Source: Candidatus Latescibacterota bacterium
GTDB taxonomy: Bacteria > Latescibacterota > UBA2968 > UBA8231
DNA: 64,000 bases
Direction: 5' to 3'
NCBI GenBank assembly: GCA_965221775.1
Contig: CBDCSU010000006.1
Span: 1,792,001-1,856,000, forward strand
Below the pieces are notes generated by a model that saw nothing but the letters and a program-made list of their open reading frames with translations, was not told the DNA's origin and made no database searches. Of this stretch, positions 9,513-20,177 are shown in pieces (the stretch's first letter is position 1; every line of letters begins with the position of its first letter). Made by a program: the position numbers and the translations under genes.

Positions 9513-9528
9513 TGTTCCACATGGAACG
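9513..9528. promoter_or_regulatory. parS centromere site 2
   Basis: TGTTCCACATGGAACG, one mismatch to site 1, 49 bp away. Confidence 0.8.
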
Positions 9529-9541
9529 TCCTCCGGCAACT

Positions 9542-10906
9542 CTACTTGCCGATGCAGAATTCGAGGAAGATCCTGTCGAGCACATCGTCGTCCACTGATT
9601 CGCCCAGCAACTCGCCCACCAGGCGCAGGGCCTCCCCGAGGCTTGCCGCTGCCAGCTCGGGGCTGCCTGCCGATAGATCCCTGCGGGCCATGTCGGCCGA
9701 TGCCACCACGCGAGTCAGGGCCTCGTGGTGGCGCTCCCTCAACAGCGCCGGCCCATCTGGGTGATCTCGCGTTGGAAGGGCAGACAGGATCCGTTCCCTG
9801 AGCTCCGGGAGGCCGTCTCCCCTGTGTGCGGAGACCCAGAGGGCATCTGCCCCATGAGGAAGTCTCGCCGCACGAGGCAGATCCGCCTTGCTTACCACCG
9901 CTACTGTTGCCCTCCAACAAGGGTTGCCAATCTCGTCCTCCTGAATCCTGCGGTCCCCGGAGCCGTCTACGACCGCAACCACCACGTCAGCATCCGCCGC
10001 CTGCTGGCCGGATCTCCTTACGGCCGCGGCCTCGACTCGGTCCGCTCCTTCGCGAAGTCCCGCCGTATCGACCAGGCGGATGGGCTCGCCCTCCCAGATG
10101 AGGGCAGCCTCCACCCAGTCGCGTGTGGTGCCGGGCTCGGCGGCGACAATGGACCGGTCTTCGCCCAGTAGTGCATTCAGCAAGGACGACTTGCCTGCAT
10201 TTGGGCGCCCTGCGATCACCACCTTCCAGCCGTCCCGCCGACGGCGGACTCCTTCGAAGGTCTGCATCAACTCCCGGGCCTCGTCGATTGCACGGGACAC
10301 GATGCCGTCGACCTCACCCAGCTCCTCCTGGCCGATGTCTTCGACGAAGTCCAGCTGTGCCTCGAGTTGCACCAATGCGCCGGCCAACTGCTTCCGCAAG
10401 GAACGGACGGCCTCGGTCAGGCGGCCCGAGACGGCTCCGTACGCGGCCTGCATACCGCTCCGGCTGCCCGCGTGGATGAGTTCGACGACCGCCTCGGCCT
10501 GCAGCAGATCGATTCGCCCGTTGGTGAAGGCCCGCCGTGTGAACTCCCCGGGGCCGGCAATCCTGGCACCATGGTGGATGGCCGAGTCCAGCACGAGTTC
10601 GAGTAGGGCGTCGCTGCCGTGGGTCGTGATCTCGACCGTATCCTCGCCCGTGTAGGATTTCGGTCCTTTCAGATACCACGCCATCGCCGTATCCAAGGGC
10701 TCCCGGCGACGGTCCACCACGCGGCCGTACTGAACGTAGCGCGGCCTCCCAAGTGGTGGCCGAGAGACGAAGATGCTCGTCCCGATCGCCAAGGCACGGC
10801 TGCCACTCAGTCGCAGCAGTGCGACGCCGCCGGCCCCCCGGGGCGTGGAGACTGCAACGATTGTCGATGAATCTGGCAGCGCGGCCTGCTTGCCGCCGAG
10901 GACCAC
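9542..10906 (-). CDS. mnmE: tRNA modification GTPase MnmE
   Basis: TIVAVSTP.G.GG, PKSYTGED, GEFTRRAF.NG, GRPNAGKSS, GTTRD, DTAG, C-terminal FCIGK; start approximate (GTG 10906). Confidence 0.95.
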   Translation of the reverse strand: MVLGGKQAALPDSSTIVAVSTPRGAGGVALLRLSGSRALAIGTSIFVSRPPLGRPRYVQYGRVVDRRREPLDTAMAWYLKGPKSYTGEDTVEITTHGSDALLELVLDSAIHHGARIAGPGEFTRRAFTNGRIDLLQAEAVVELIHAGSRSGMQAAYGAVSGRLTEAVRSLRKQLAGALVQLEAQLDFVEDIGQEELGEVDGIVSRAIDEARELMQTFEGVRRRRDGWKVVIAGRPNAGKSSLLNALLGEDRSIVAAEPGTTRDWVEAALIWEGEPIRLVDTAGLREGADRVEAAAVRRSGQQAADADVVVAVVDGSGDRRIQEDEIGNPCWRATVAVVSKADLPRAARLPHGADALWVSAHRGDGLPELRERILSALPTRDHPDGPALLRERHHEALTRVVASADMARRDLSAGSPELAAASLGEALRLVGELLGESVDDDVLDRIFLEFCIGK

Positions 10907-10911
10907 CCCGG

Positions 10912-12621
10912 TCAGCTTCGGGCAGGGACGGTGGATGCGCCCCCTTGCTTCTGCTGCTTCAGATAGTTTGTGAGGTACTGCTGGGCGATCTGAAGCACGT
11001 TGAAGACCGTCCAGTAGAGGACGAGGCCCGAGGAGAAGCTCCACATGATGAAGACCATGACTACGGGCATCACGTAGACGAGGGCTGCCTGCTTGGGGTC
11101 CTTCATCGTCATCTTGGACTGGAAGAACATGGCCGCCGACATCAGCAGGGGCAGCACGTGCAGATCGAAGCCCCCGAGGGTGATGGTGTCGGGGAGCGAC
11201 AGGTCGTCCACCCACAGGATCCATGGTGTCTGGCGCAACTGGATGGCACTGGAAAACACCTGGTACAGAGCGATGAAAATCGGCATCTGGAGGAGCAGGG
11301 GCAGACACCCGCCGAGAGGATTCACGCCCTCCTCCCGGTAGAGCTTCATGGTCTCCTGGCTCAGTTTCTGATTGTTGTTCTTGTACTTCTCCCTGAGGGC
11401 TGCGATCTTGGGCTGCAGCTCCTGCATCCGCGCGGCCGACTCATACGACTTGTGGGTCAGGGGGTATACGAGGATCTTGACAACCACGCCGAATGCAACG
11501 ATGACCCAGCCATAGTTGGGGATGATGGCATACGCTGCAACGAACAGGGTGAGCAGGACGGTTGCGATCTGACGCACCACCGGGAATCCCAGATCCATGG
11601 CACGGTCGAAGTCGCGGTCGTAGCGGCCCACTTGCTCGAGATCCAGAGGACCCAGGTAGACCAGGAGTCGCCAGACTCCATCTTCGATGTCGCCCCAGCG
11701 TGTGCCGAGGGTAAATCCGTAATCCCTGTAGGGTGGCTGGGTGTTTGGCGCTCCATAGAGGGTTACACGGTGCCGGGCATCCGAATCTGGGGCCAGAGCA
11801 CACAGGAAGTACTTGCTGCGGACCCCGACCCACCCGACGCTGCCTCGCTCGCTATCCGAGTCCTCCTCGTCTTCATCCACCTGCACGTCGTAGAGACTCT
11901 CATTGATGTAGGCGAGAGCCTTCATCCTCTGCAGGTCGAGATCGGGGTCGCGCTCGGCCAGGGCGATACCCCCGTGCCATGTTAGCCTCACGATGGAGTC
12001 GTTCGAAAACCCGTGGAGGGAGACTCCCGCCTGAAGCCCGTACTGATCGCCCCGCACGACAAGAACCTTCTCGACCGACCGACCATCATCCAACGCACAC
12101 CGCAGCCGTAGCCGACCCTCGCCGTCGGCGTCGACCCGAAGGCGGTCCCGGTCGGGTTCGAAGTGCCGGCTGGCCAAGTCGACCAGCACGTCCTCGGCGG
12201 CCTCGGGCTGGACGGTCACTCCCAGCCCTGCCCCCCCCGCGGGTACCAGTTCCAAGGGGCCGCCGCCGCCCTGCTTGTACTCCTTCAGCCGCGCCGACGC
12301 CAGCACGCCGCCGCGTGTGCTGAACGTCAGGTGCTGCAGGGGAGTCTCGACGGTTACATACCGTTCCGGCGGAAGCCGCGGCTCTCCGCCCGGGCCCCCG
12401 AGCGGCTCCGGGAGATCCTCGTCGGACGTGTCGTCAGGAGGATCCATCGGGGCCAGGGCGGGGACGGCGTGGGTCTTGTCCTCCCGAGGCTTTGCCTCAT
12501 CGCCTGGGCTTTCCGGGGCGGGCTCGGGCTCCGAGACACCAACCAACTGGTAATAGGCGGGCATCAACAGAAAAATCAGGCCCACCAGAACCATGGCGAT
12601 GATCGTGCGCTTGTCCTCCAT
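10912..12621 (-). CDS. yidC: Membrane protein insertase YidC
   Basis: N-terminal TM segment, large periplasmic domain, NYGWVI, MQELQPKI, GVNPLGGCLPLLLQMPIF, SGLVLYW. Confidence 0.96.
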   Translation of the reverse strand: MEDKRTIIAMVLVGLIFLLMPAYYQLVGVSEPEPAPESPGDEAKPREDKTHAVPALAPMDPPDDTSDEDLPEPLGGPGGEPRLPPERYVTVETPLQHLTFSTRGGVLASARLKEYKQGGGGPLELVPAGGAGLGVTVQPEAAEDVLVDLASRHFEPDRDRLRVDADGEGRLRLRCALDDGRSVEKVLVVRGDQYGLQAGVSLHGFSNDSIVRLTWHGGIALAERDPDLDLQRMKALAYINESLYDVQVDEDEEDSDSERGSVGWVGVRSKYFLCALAPDSDARHRVTLYGAPNTQPPYRDYGFTLGTRWGDIEDGVWRLLVYLGPLDLEQVGRYDRDFDRAMDLGFPVVRQIATVLLTLFVAAYAIIPNYGWVIVAFGVVVKILVYPLTHKSYESAARMQELQPKIAALREKYKNNNQKLSQETMKLYREEGVNPLGGCLPLLLQMPIFIALYQVFSSAIQLRQTPWILWVDDLSLPDTITLGGFDLHVLPLLMSAAMFFQSKMTMKDPKQAALVYVMPVVMVFIMWSFSSGLVLYWTVFNVLQIAQQYLTNYLKQQKQGGASTVPARS

Positions 12622-12630
12622 CGGGACGCC

Positions 12631-12840
12631 TCAGTCCGCGGGGTCGTAGCCGGAGCCCCCCAGGGGGTGACAACGGCAAAGTCTGCCAACGGTCCGCCAG
12701 AGACCAGACCATGGACCATGACGACGGATGGACAGCAGCGCGTACTCCGAGCAGGTCGGGTGAAACCGGCAGTGGGGAGGCAGGAGCGGCGACAATAACA
12801 ATTGGTAGAGGCGAATTGCGCCCAAAAGGAGGACCTTCAT
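12631..12840 (-). CDS. yidD: Membrane protein insertion efficiency factor YidD
   Basis: IRLYQ..LSP...[10 protein letters not shown]...RCHP.GGSGYDP. Confidence 0.95.
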   Translation of the reverse strand: MKVLLLGAIRLYQLLLSPLLPPHCRFHPTCSEYALLSIRRHGPWSGLWRTVGRLCRCHPLGGSGYDPAD

Positions 12841-13118
12841 CTCTGGCCCTTGGGCTCGCCGTCGTCCAGACTCACCACGAGCCGTGCCAGTTCAGTGCGC
12901 AGCGCGGCAAAGGAAGACTGCGCCGCCAGCGGCTGAGCGAGGATCACCAAGCCTTCGGAGGCCGATGTTGGAAGATGTCGGCAGATATGGCGCAGGCGCC
13001 GCCGGAGCTTGTTGCGAAGGACGGCGGTTCCGAGGGATTTCCGCAGGACAAAGACCGGCCCGGAGGAGGGCGGCCGACCGCGGCGAATCCAGAGAAGGGA
13101 GCCCTTCGACCACGGCAT
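12837..13118 (-). CDS. rnpA: Ribonuclease P protein component (short)
   Basis: RNR motif [18 protein letters not shown]; canonical position between rpmH and yidD. Confidence 0.85.
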   Translation of the reverse strand: MPWSKGSLLWIRRGRPPSSGPVFVLRKSLGTAVLRNKLRRRLRHICRHLPTSASEGLVILAQPLAAQSSFAALRTELARLVVSLDDGEPKGQR

Positions 13119-13146
13119 CGGACGCGCCGTCCGGTGGCGGCACGAT

Positions 13147-13281
13147 TCAGACGGCCAGACGCTTGCGGCCCCGCCTCCGACGACGCGCCAGAATGGACCG
13201 TCCGGCGGGTGTGCGCATACGCTTTCGAAAGCCGTGCTTGTTCCTGCGCCGCCGACGGCTCGGCTGATATGTTCGCTTCAA
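13147..13281 (-). CDS. rpmH: 50S ribosomal protein L34
   Basis: Manual translation from TTG: [44 protein letters not shown] (44 aa); below the ORF-track cutoff. Confidence 0.96.
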   Translation of the reverse strand: MKRTYQPSRRRRRNKHGFRKRMRTPAGRSILARRRRRGRKRLAV

Positions 13282-13341
13282 GAGTTACAGGACCCCGGAA
13301 GTGTCGTGGGTGGCTCCGGTTTATGACCGTCAAGCTGGATT

Positions 13342-13373
13342 AAGCTAGGATCCACTCCTGGATCTGTCAATTC
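13342..13373 (-). promoter_or_regulatory. Sigma70-type promoter for the rpmH operon
   Basis: TTGACA-N17-TAGCTT on the minus strand. Confidence 0.7.
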
Positions 13374-13427
13374 TACCCGGGTATCCGAGGGCAACGGACC
13401 GATCCTCTCCCGGATGCGGGTGGGTCC

Positions 13428-13456
13428 TTGACGTATCCTTGACCGGGGGCTACTCT
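13428..13456 (+). promoter_or_regulatory. Putative dnaA promoter
   Basis: TTGACG-N17-TACTCT. Confidence 0.6.
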
Positions 13457-13571
13457 ATCGCCCCTTTTTCGGGATTGAACGGCGCGGTGTTCCGAGCCGG
13501 TCCTAGACGCACGCTGATGCGGCTGCAGTCCGGGAACTCGGCCGCATCAACTCCCTCTCGGTCGACTCCCC

Positions 13572-14978
13572 ATGTCACAAGATCTCCAAGAGCGGTGGGC
13601 CCAGTGCCTGCTCGGCATCGAGCGAAGACTCCCCAGGGCACAAACGTTCGATACCTGGTTCCGTCGTACCACCGCTCGGCGCTTCGATGAGGATGTCCTG
13701 GAGATCGAAGTCCCCAGTTCCTATTTCGGCCACTTCGTTCAGGACAACTACCTGCCACTGATACAATCGGTGGTCGAGGAGGAAACGGGGCTGTGCCCCC
13801 GCGTCGCCTTCGCCGTCGTCGATGAGAGGACAGCGGCCCAGACGAAACCCCCCGGGACGCCTTCGTCCCAGGAGACCGAGCCCGAGGCCCCCGAGGAGGC
13901 CGTCGCCGCGGAGGCCATGGAAGACGCGGCGTCGCCCTTGCATATGCCGCTCAACGAGCGGTATGTGTTCGATGCCTTCGTCGTCGGCGAGGGCAATCGG
14001 CTCACCTACGCCGCCGCCCAAGCCGTCTCCCGATCACCGGGAAGTACACAGTTCAACCCTCTCGTCGTTCACGGGGGAGTGGGCCTCGGCAAGACCCACC
14101 TGTTGCAGGCTATCGGTCACCATCTGCTGGCGACTGAACCCTCCCTCAGGGTTGTCTACGTCACCGCCGAGAAGTTCCTGAGTGATTTCATCGAGTCCCT
14201 GCGGCAGCAGAAAACCACGGAATTCCAGCGGCTCTATCGTTCGGTAAACGTGCTGCTCGTCGACGACATTCAGTTTCTCATCCGCAGCGAGGGCACCCAG
14301 AACGAGTTCTTCCACACGTTCAATACCCTGCACCAGAACGGCCGTCAGATCGTCATGACCTGCGACGGCCCCCCGGGTGAGTTGAAAGGCCTGGAAGAGA
14401 GGCTCATCTCCCGCTTCCAGTGGGGCCTGGTCACGAGCATCGAGCCGCCAGACCTCGAAACGCGTATCGCAATTCTGCAGAAGAAGGCGGAGATCAACGG
14501 AATCCAGCTGCCCGAGGGGGTCGCCGGTTTCCTGGGCAACTACATCAGCTCGAACATCCGTGAACTCGAAGGTGCCCTGAACCATCTCATGGCCTATTGT
14601 GCCGTGAATCAGGTCGAGCTCAGCGTCGATGCCGCACGCAAAGTCGTCCAGCAGCGGAGTACTGCGGAAACCTCAAGACCTTCGATCGAAGGGATTCAGA
14701 AACGAGTCGCCGACCACTTCGATCTGACCCCCGAGCTCCTGACCGGCAAGACCCGGAAACGGGAGATAACCGGGCCCCGGCAGATCGCCATGTACCTGGT
14801 CAAACGCCATACCGGAAACCCCTTGAAGGTCATTGGACTGCACTTTGGAAACCGCGACCACAGCACGGTAATCCATGCTGTCCAGACGGTGGACAGGAAG
14901 TGCAGTCAGGACCCTGGTTTCGCCCAAGTGGTGGAGTCTCTCTCGGAACAGATACAGCGATCTGTCCAAGACGAGTAG
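13572..14978 (+). CDS. dnaA: Chromosomal replication initiator DnaA
   Basis: FDTWF N-domain, GGVGLGKTHLL, LLVDDIQF, EFFHTFN, NIRELEGAL, RQIAMYL, RDHSTVIHA. Confidence 0.98.
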   Translation: MSQDLQERWAQCLLGIERRLPRAQTFDTWFRRTTARRFDEDVLEIEVPSSYFGHFVQDNYLPLIQSVVEEETGLCPRVAFAVVDERTAAQTKPPGTPSSQETEPEAPEEAVAAEAMEDAASPLHMPLNERYVFDAFVVGEGNRLTYAAAQAVSRSPGSTQFNPLVVHGGVGLGKTHLLQAIGHHLLATEPSLRVVYVTAEKFLSDFIESLRQQKTTEFQRLYRSVNVLLVDDIQFLIRSEGTQNEFFHTFNTLHQNGRQIVMTCDGPPGELKGLEERLISRFQWGLVTSIEPPDLETRIAILQKKAEINGIQLPEGVAGFLGNYISSNIRELEGALNHLMAYCAVNQVELSVDAARKVVQQRSTAETSRPSIEGIQKRVADHFDLTPELLTGKTRKREITGPRQIAMYLVKRHTGNPLKVIGLHFGNRDHSTVIHAVQTVDRKCSQDPGFAQVVESLSEQIQRSVQDE

Positions 14979-15490
14979 CAGTTTTCCACAGAATAACTCC
15001 CAACATGTGTTGATAACAGGGTTTGGATGTGGATAATTCTGCCTTGGGAACGATTGAGCCGGGAGCAGTCCCCCTTTATGTGGGAAACCCGTCCTTCTAC
15101 CAACGGTGGAGTGCGACCGCTATTCGGCTCTCCTGCGGGATCGTATATAATTCAAAAACAATACCTTAGAGGAATTTTAGGAAATTTTCCCGGGTCGGAG
15201 TTATCGACCGTTCACACCGTAGTAGTAGTAGTAGGTATACAGTAATATATCCTCACTTCAGAAAATACACCGAGTACCCTGATGGTGAGGGATCATGGCG
15301 AGAGCCTCTGGTTGTCAGATTGACGCCCGACTAATCCTATACCTATATTATAGGTACCCCAAGGTACTGGTATAAGCGGACCAGGAGGGGCTCAAGTCCG
15401 TTTCTTGGGATTCTGTTTCCGTTCTTCGCGTTCCACCTCCAAACTCCCCCCTGGCTGCCATGTCGGGGCGCTTGACCTGCAGGAGGATCG
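14979..15490. other. Replication origin oriC (dnaA-dnaN intergenic)
   Basis: DnaA boxes TTTTCCACA 14982-14990, TGTTGATAA 15008-15016 and perfect TGTGGATAA 15028-15036; AT-rich tracts at about 15145-15190 and 15235-15270; (TAG)5 trio-like repeat 15220-15234. Confidence 0.9.
15320..15356 (+). promoter_or_regulatory. Putative dnaN promoter with overlapping palindrome
   Basis: TTGACG-N18-TATATT; the -10 lies inside the inverted repeat TACCTATA-T-TATAGGTA (15340-15356). Confidence 0.5.
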
Positions 15491-16651
15491 ATGAAGCTGA
15501 GTGTCGATCGAAATGAACTCTGGCGAGGGTTGAGTGCGGTCTTGGAGGCAGTTGCTTCCAAGCCGGCTCAGCCTGTTCTATCCAATGTGCTGTTGGACAG
15601 TCAAGAAGACCGCCTTGTTCTTTCGGCAACCGATTTGGATCTGTCGATCCGAACGAGGGTGATGGCAGAGGTCGAGACACCGGGGCGGGTCACCGTACCA
15701 GCCCGGACTCTGGCGGAGATTACGAGAGAGTGGCCCGAATCGCTGATCCATCTGGCGCTCGAGGACGGTCATCTGATACTCTCCGGAGCACTGGGAGCAG
15801 ATTCCGGGGGGGAAGGGCGCTACTCGCTCCCGGGGACTCCACCCGAGGAGTTTCCCGAGATGCCGGAGGATCTCCAGGGGCTGCGCCTTGCCTTTCGGAC
15901 GGACGCAGCGGTGGATGGAGCTCTCCTTCGAACGATGATCGAGAGGACCGGGTTCGCGGTCTCCCATGACGAAACCCGGCCGGTCCTCAACGGGGTTCTT
16001 TGGAGAATCGAGCCGGAGGTCATGACCATGGTCGCTACCGACGGTAGTCGATTGGCCGAGTTCCGGTGCACTCTGGAGGAAGGGACGGGAATCGAGGGCT
16101 CCGCCGAGGTGATCCTGCCACCACAGGTTTGCGGTCAGCTGGGAAGACTGTTGGAGAATCCGGAGAGCCCGGGTGAAGCGGTCCTCGGAGAAAGCCAGGT
16201 TCTGTTTCATGTGGACGAGACCCAACTGTTGTCCAGGCTCATAGAGGGACCGTATGTCGACTACGAGCAAGTCATCCCCCGGGAGAACGACAAGAGGCTG
16301 ACGGTTCCGGTGGACCGACTTCTTCCGGCGCTCAGACGGGTATCCATCCTATCGAGCTCGTACACGCACCAGGTGAGGGTGAGTCTTCGCGAGGGAGTCG
16401 TTGAACTTACTGCCTCGAGCCAGGAGATCGGCGGTGATGCCCGGGAGGTTCTGCCGGCAGACTACAGTGCCGATTCCATCGAGGTTGCATACAACGCGCA
16501 ATACATGATGGAGATCCTGCGCAAGATCGGTTCTGAAGAGGTCATCATCGACCTGCGGGACTCCGTTACCGCCGCCATCGTTCGTCCCGCCGAACAGCTG
16601 CAGGGAGAGGACTCCTACTACCTTCTCATGCCGATGCGCCCAAGCGGCTGA
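15491..16651 (+). CDS. dnaN: DNA polymerase III beta sliding clamp
   Basis: PVLSNVLL, SATDLDL, FAVSHDETRPVLNGV, VATDGSRL, SRLIEGPYVDYEQVIP, LLMPMR. Confidence 0.97.
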   Translation: MKLSVDRNELWRGLSAVLEAVASKPAQPVLSNVLLDSQEDRLVLSATDLDLSIRTRVMAEVETPGRVTVPARTLAEITREWPESLIHLALEDGHLILSGALGADSGGEGRYSLPGTPPEEFPEMPEDLQGLRLAFRTDAAVDGALLRTMIERTGFAVSHDETRPVLNGVLWRIEPEVMTMVATDGSRLAEFRCTLEEGTGIEGSAEVILPPQVCGQLGRLLENPESPGEAVLGESQVLFHVDETQLLSRLIEGPYVDYEQVIPRENDKRLTVPVDRLLPALRRVSILSSSYTHQVRVSLREGVVELTASSQEIGGDAREVLPADYSADSIEVAYNAQYMMEILRKIGSEEVIIDLRDSVTAAIVRPAEQLQGEDSYYLLMPMRPSG

Positions 16652-16665
16652 ACATCGCTCGGCCG

Positions 16666-17762
16666 GTGCGTATTCGCCGGCTCCGCTTGGAGCCCTACAG
16701 GAATTTCCCACGTCTCGAATTGGATCTGGACCACGAGGCATGCCTGATCATTGCCGATAACGGTCGGGGAAAGAGCAACATCCTTGAGTCGATCTCCTAT
16801 CTGTCCATCGGCAAATCTATCCGCGGGGCTCGCGACCAGGAGGTGGTCCCCCACAAGACGGGTCATTTCGACATCCGGAGTGTCTGGGATGACGGCTCTC
16901 GAGATCGTCAAGTCCGGATGTTCTACAGCACCGCCGAGGGCAAGCACGCCTTTCTCGATGGAGTCGACCTGCCCCGTGTCTCGGATCTGGTCAGCCAGCT
17001 TTGCACCGTGCACTTCGCGCCCGAAGATGTCTCTCTCGTCCTTCAGTTCGCGTCACAGCGTCGTCGCCTCCTTGATATCCTCCTGTCGCAAGCGTGTCCC
17101 GAGTACCTCCAGAGCTTGCAGCGCTACAACCGCGCCCTCACGCAGCGGAACCACTATCTGCGCCGCCTGGCGGGCCGGCGGTCCGACCCGGCCGAACGCC
17201 GGGTGTGGGGAAAGCAATTGGCGGCGCCGGGGGGGACGATCCGCCGTCTTCGCCTTGAGACCCTGGTTCGGATGACGCCGGTATTCGTGCGGTGCTACGA
17301 GACCTTCAGTACCGGCCAGGAGCAGACCGGGATCAGCTATCGCTCCGAGCCGGTGCCGACGTCGGTCGAGGAGATCCCTCCGGCCGAGGTGCTCGAGCAG
17401 GGTCTGCAGGCCGAACTCGAGGCCGACCCGATTCGAGAGGAGCGGGCCGGGCACACCTTGTGCGGCCCCCACCGCGACTCCCTGAGCTTCACCCTCGCCG
17501 GGGCTGCTGCTGATACATACGGCTCCCAAGGACAGCTGAAGAGTCTGCTGCTCTCATGGAAGATGGCCGAGGCGCGGTTCCTCGAGGAGCGGAGCGGTAG
17601 CCAGCCGGTCCTACTGCTGGACGATGTGTTCTCCGAGCTCGACGAGAGCCGTTCCCGGCAGCTGCTGTCCCTGACCGAAGGCTTCGAGCAGGTCATCCTG
17701 ACGGCGGCGAGGCTCCCTGGCGAGGAAGTGGGGGATCGCTTCGAGCGGATCGAGATCGCCGC

Positions 17763-17766
<4 letters not shown>
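16666..17766 (+). CDS. recF: DNA replication and repair protein RecF
   Basis: YRNF, NGRGKSNILE, FAPED, RRRLLD, GPHRD, GSQGQ, PVLLLDDVFSELD. Confidence 0.95.
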
Positions 17767-20119
<2,353 letters not shown>

Positions 20120-20177
20120 CCCGCGGGGCGGGGAGTGCCCGCCCATCGCTTCCTCCAGCCACCAGACCCCAGACCGA

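Noticed and set aside
9464-9528. Two 16-bp repeats with a 33-bp spacer as a mini-CRISPR
   Set aside because: There are only two short copies, they match the parS consensus, and no cas genes are present. The Cas4-like nuclease is the AddB domain.
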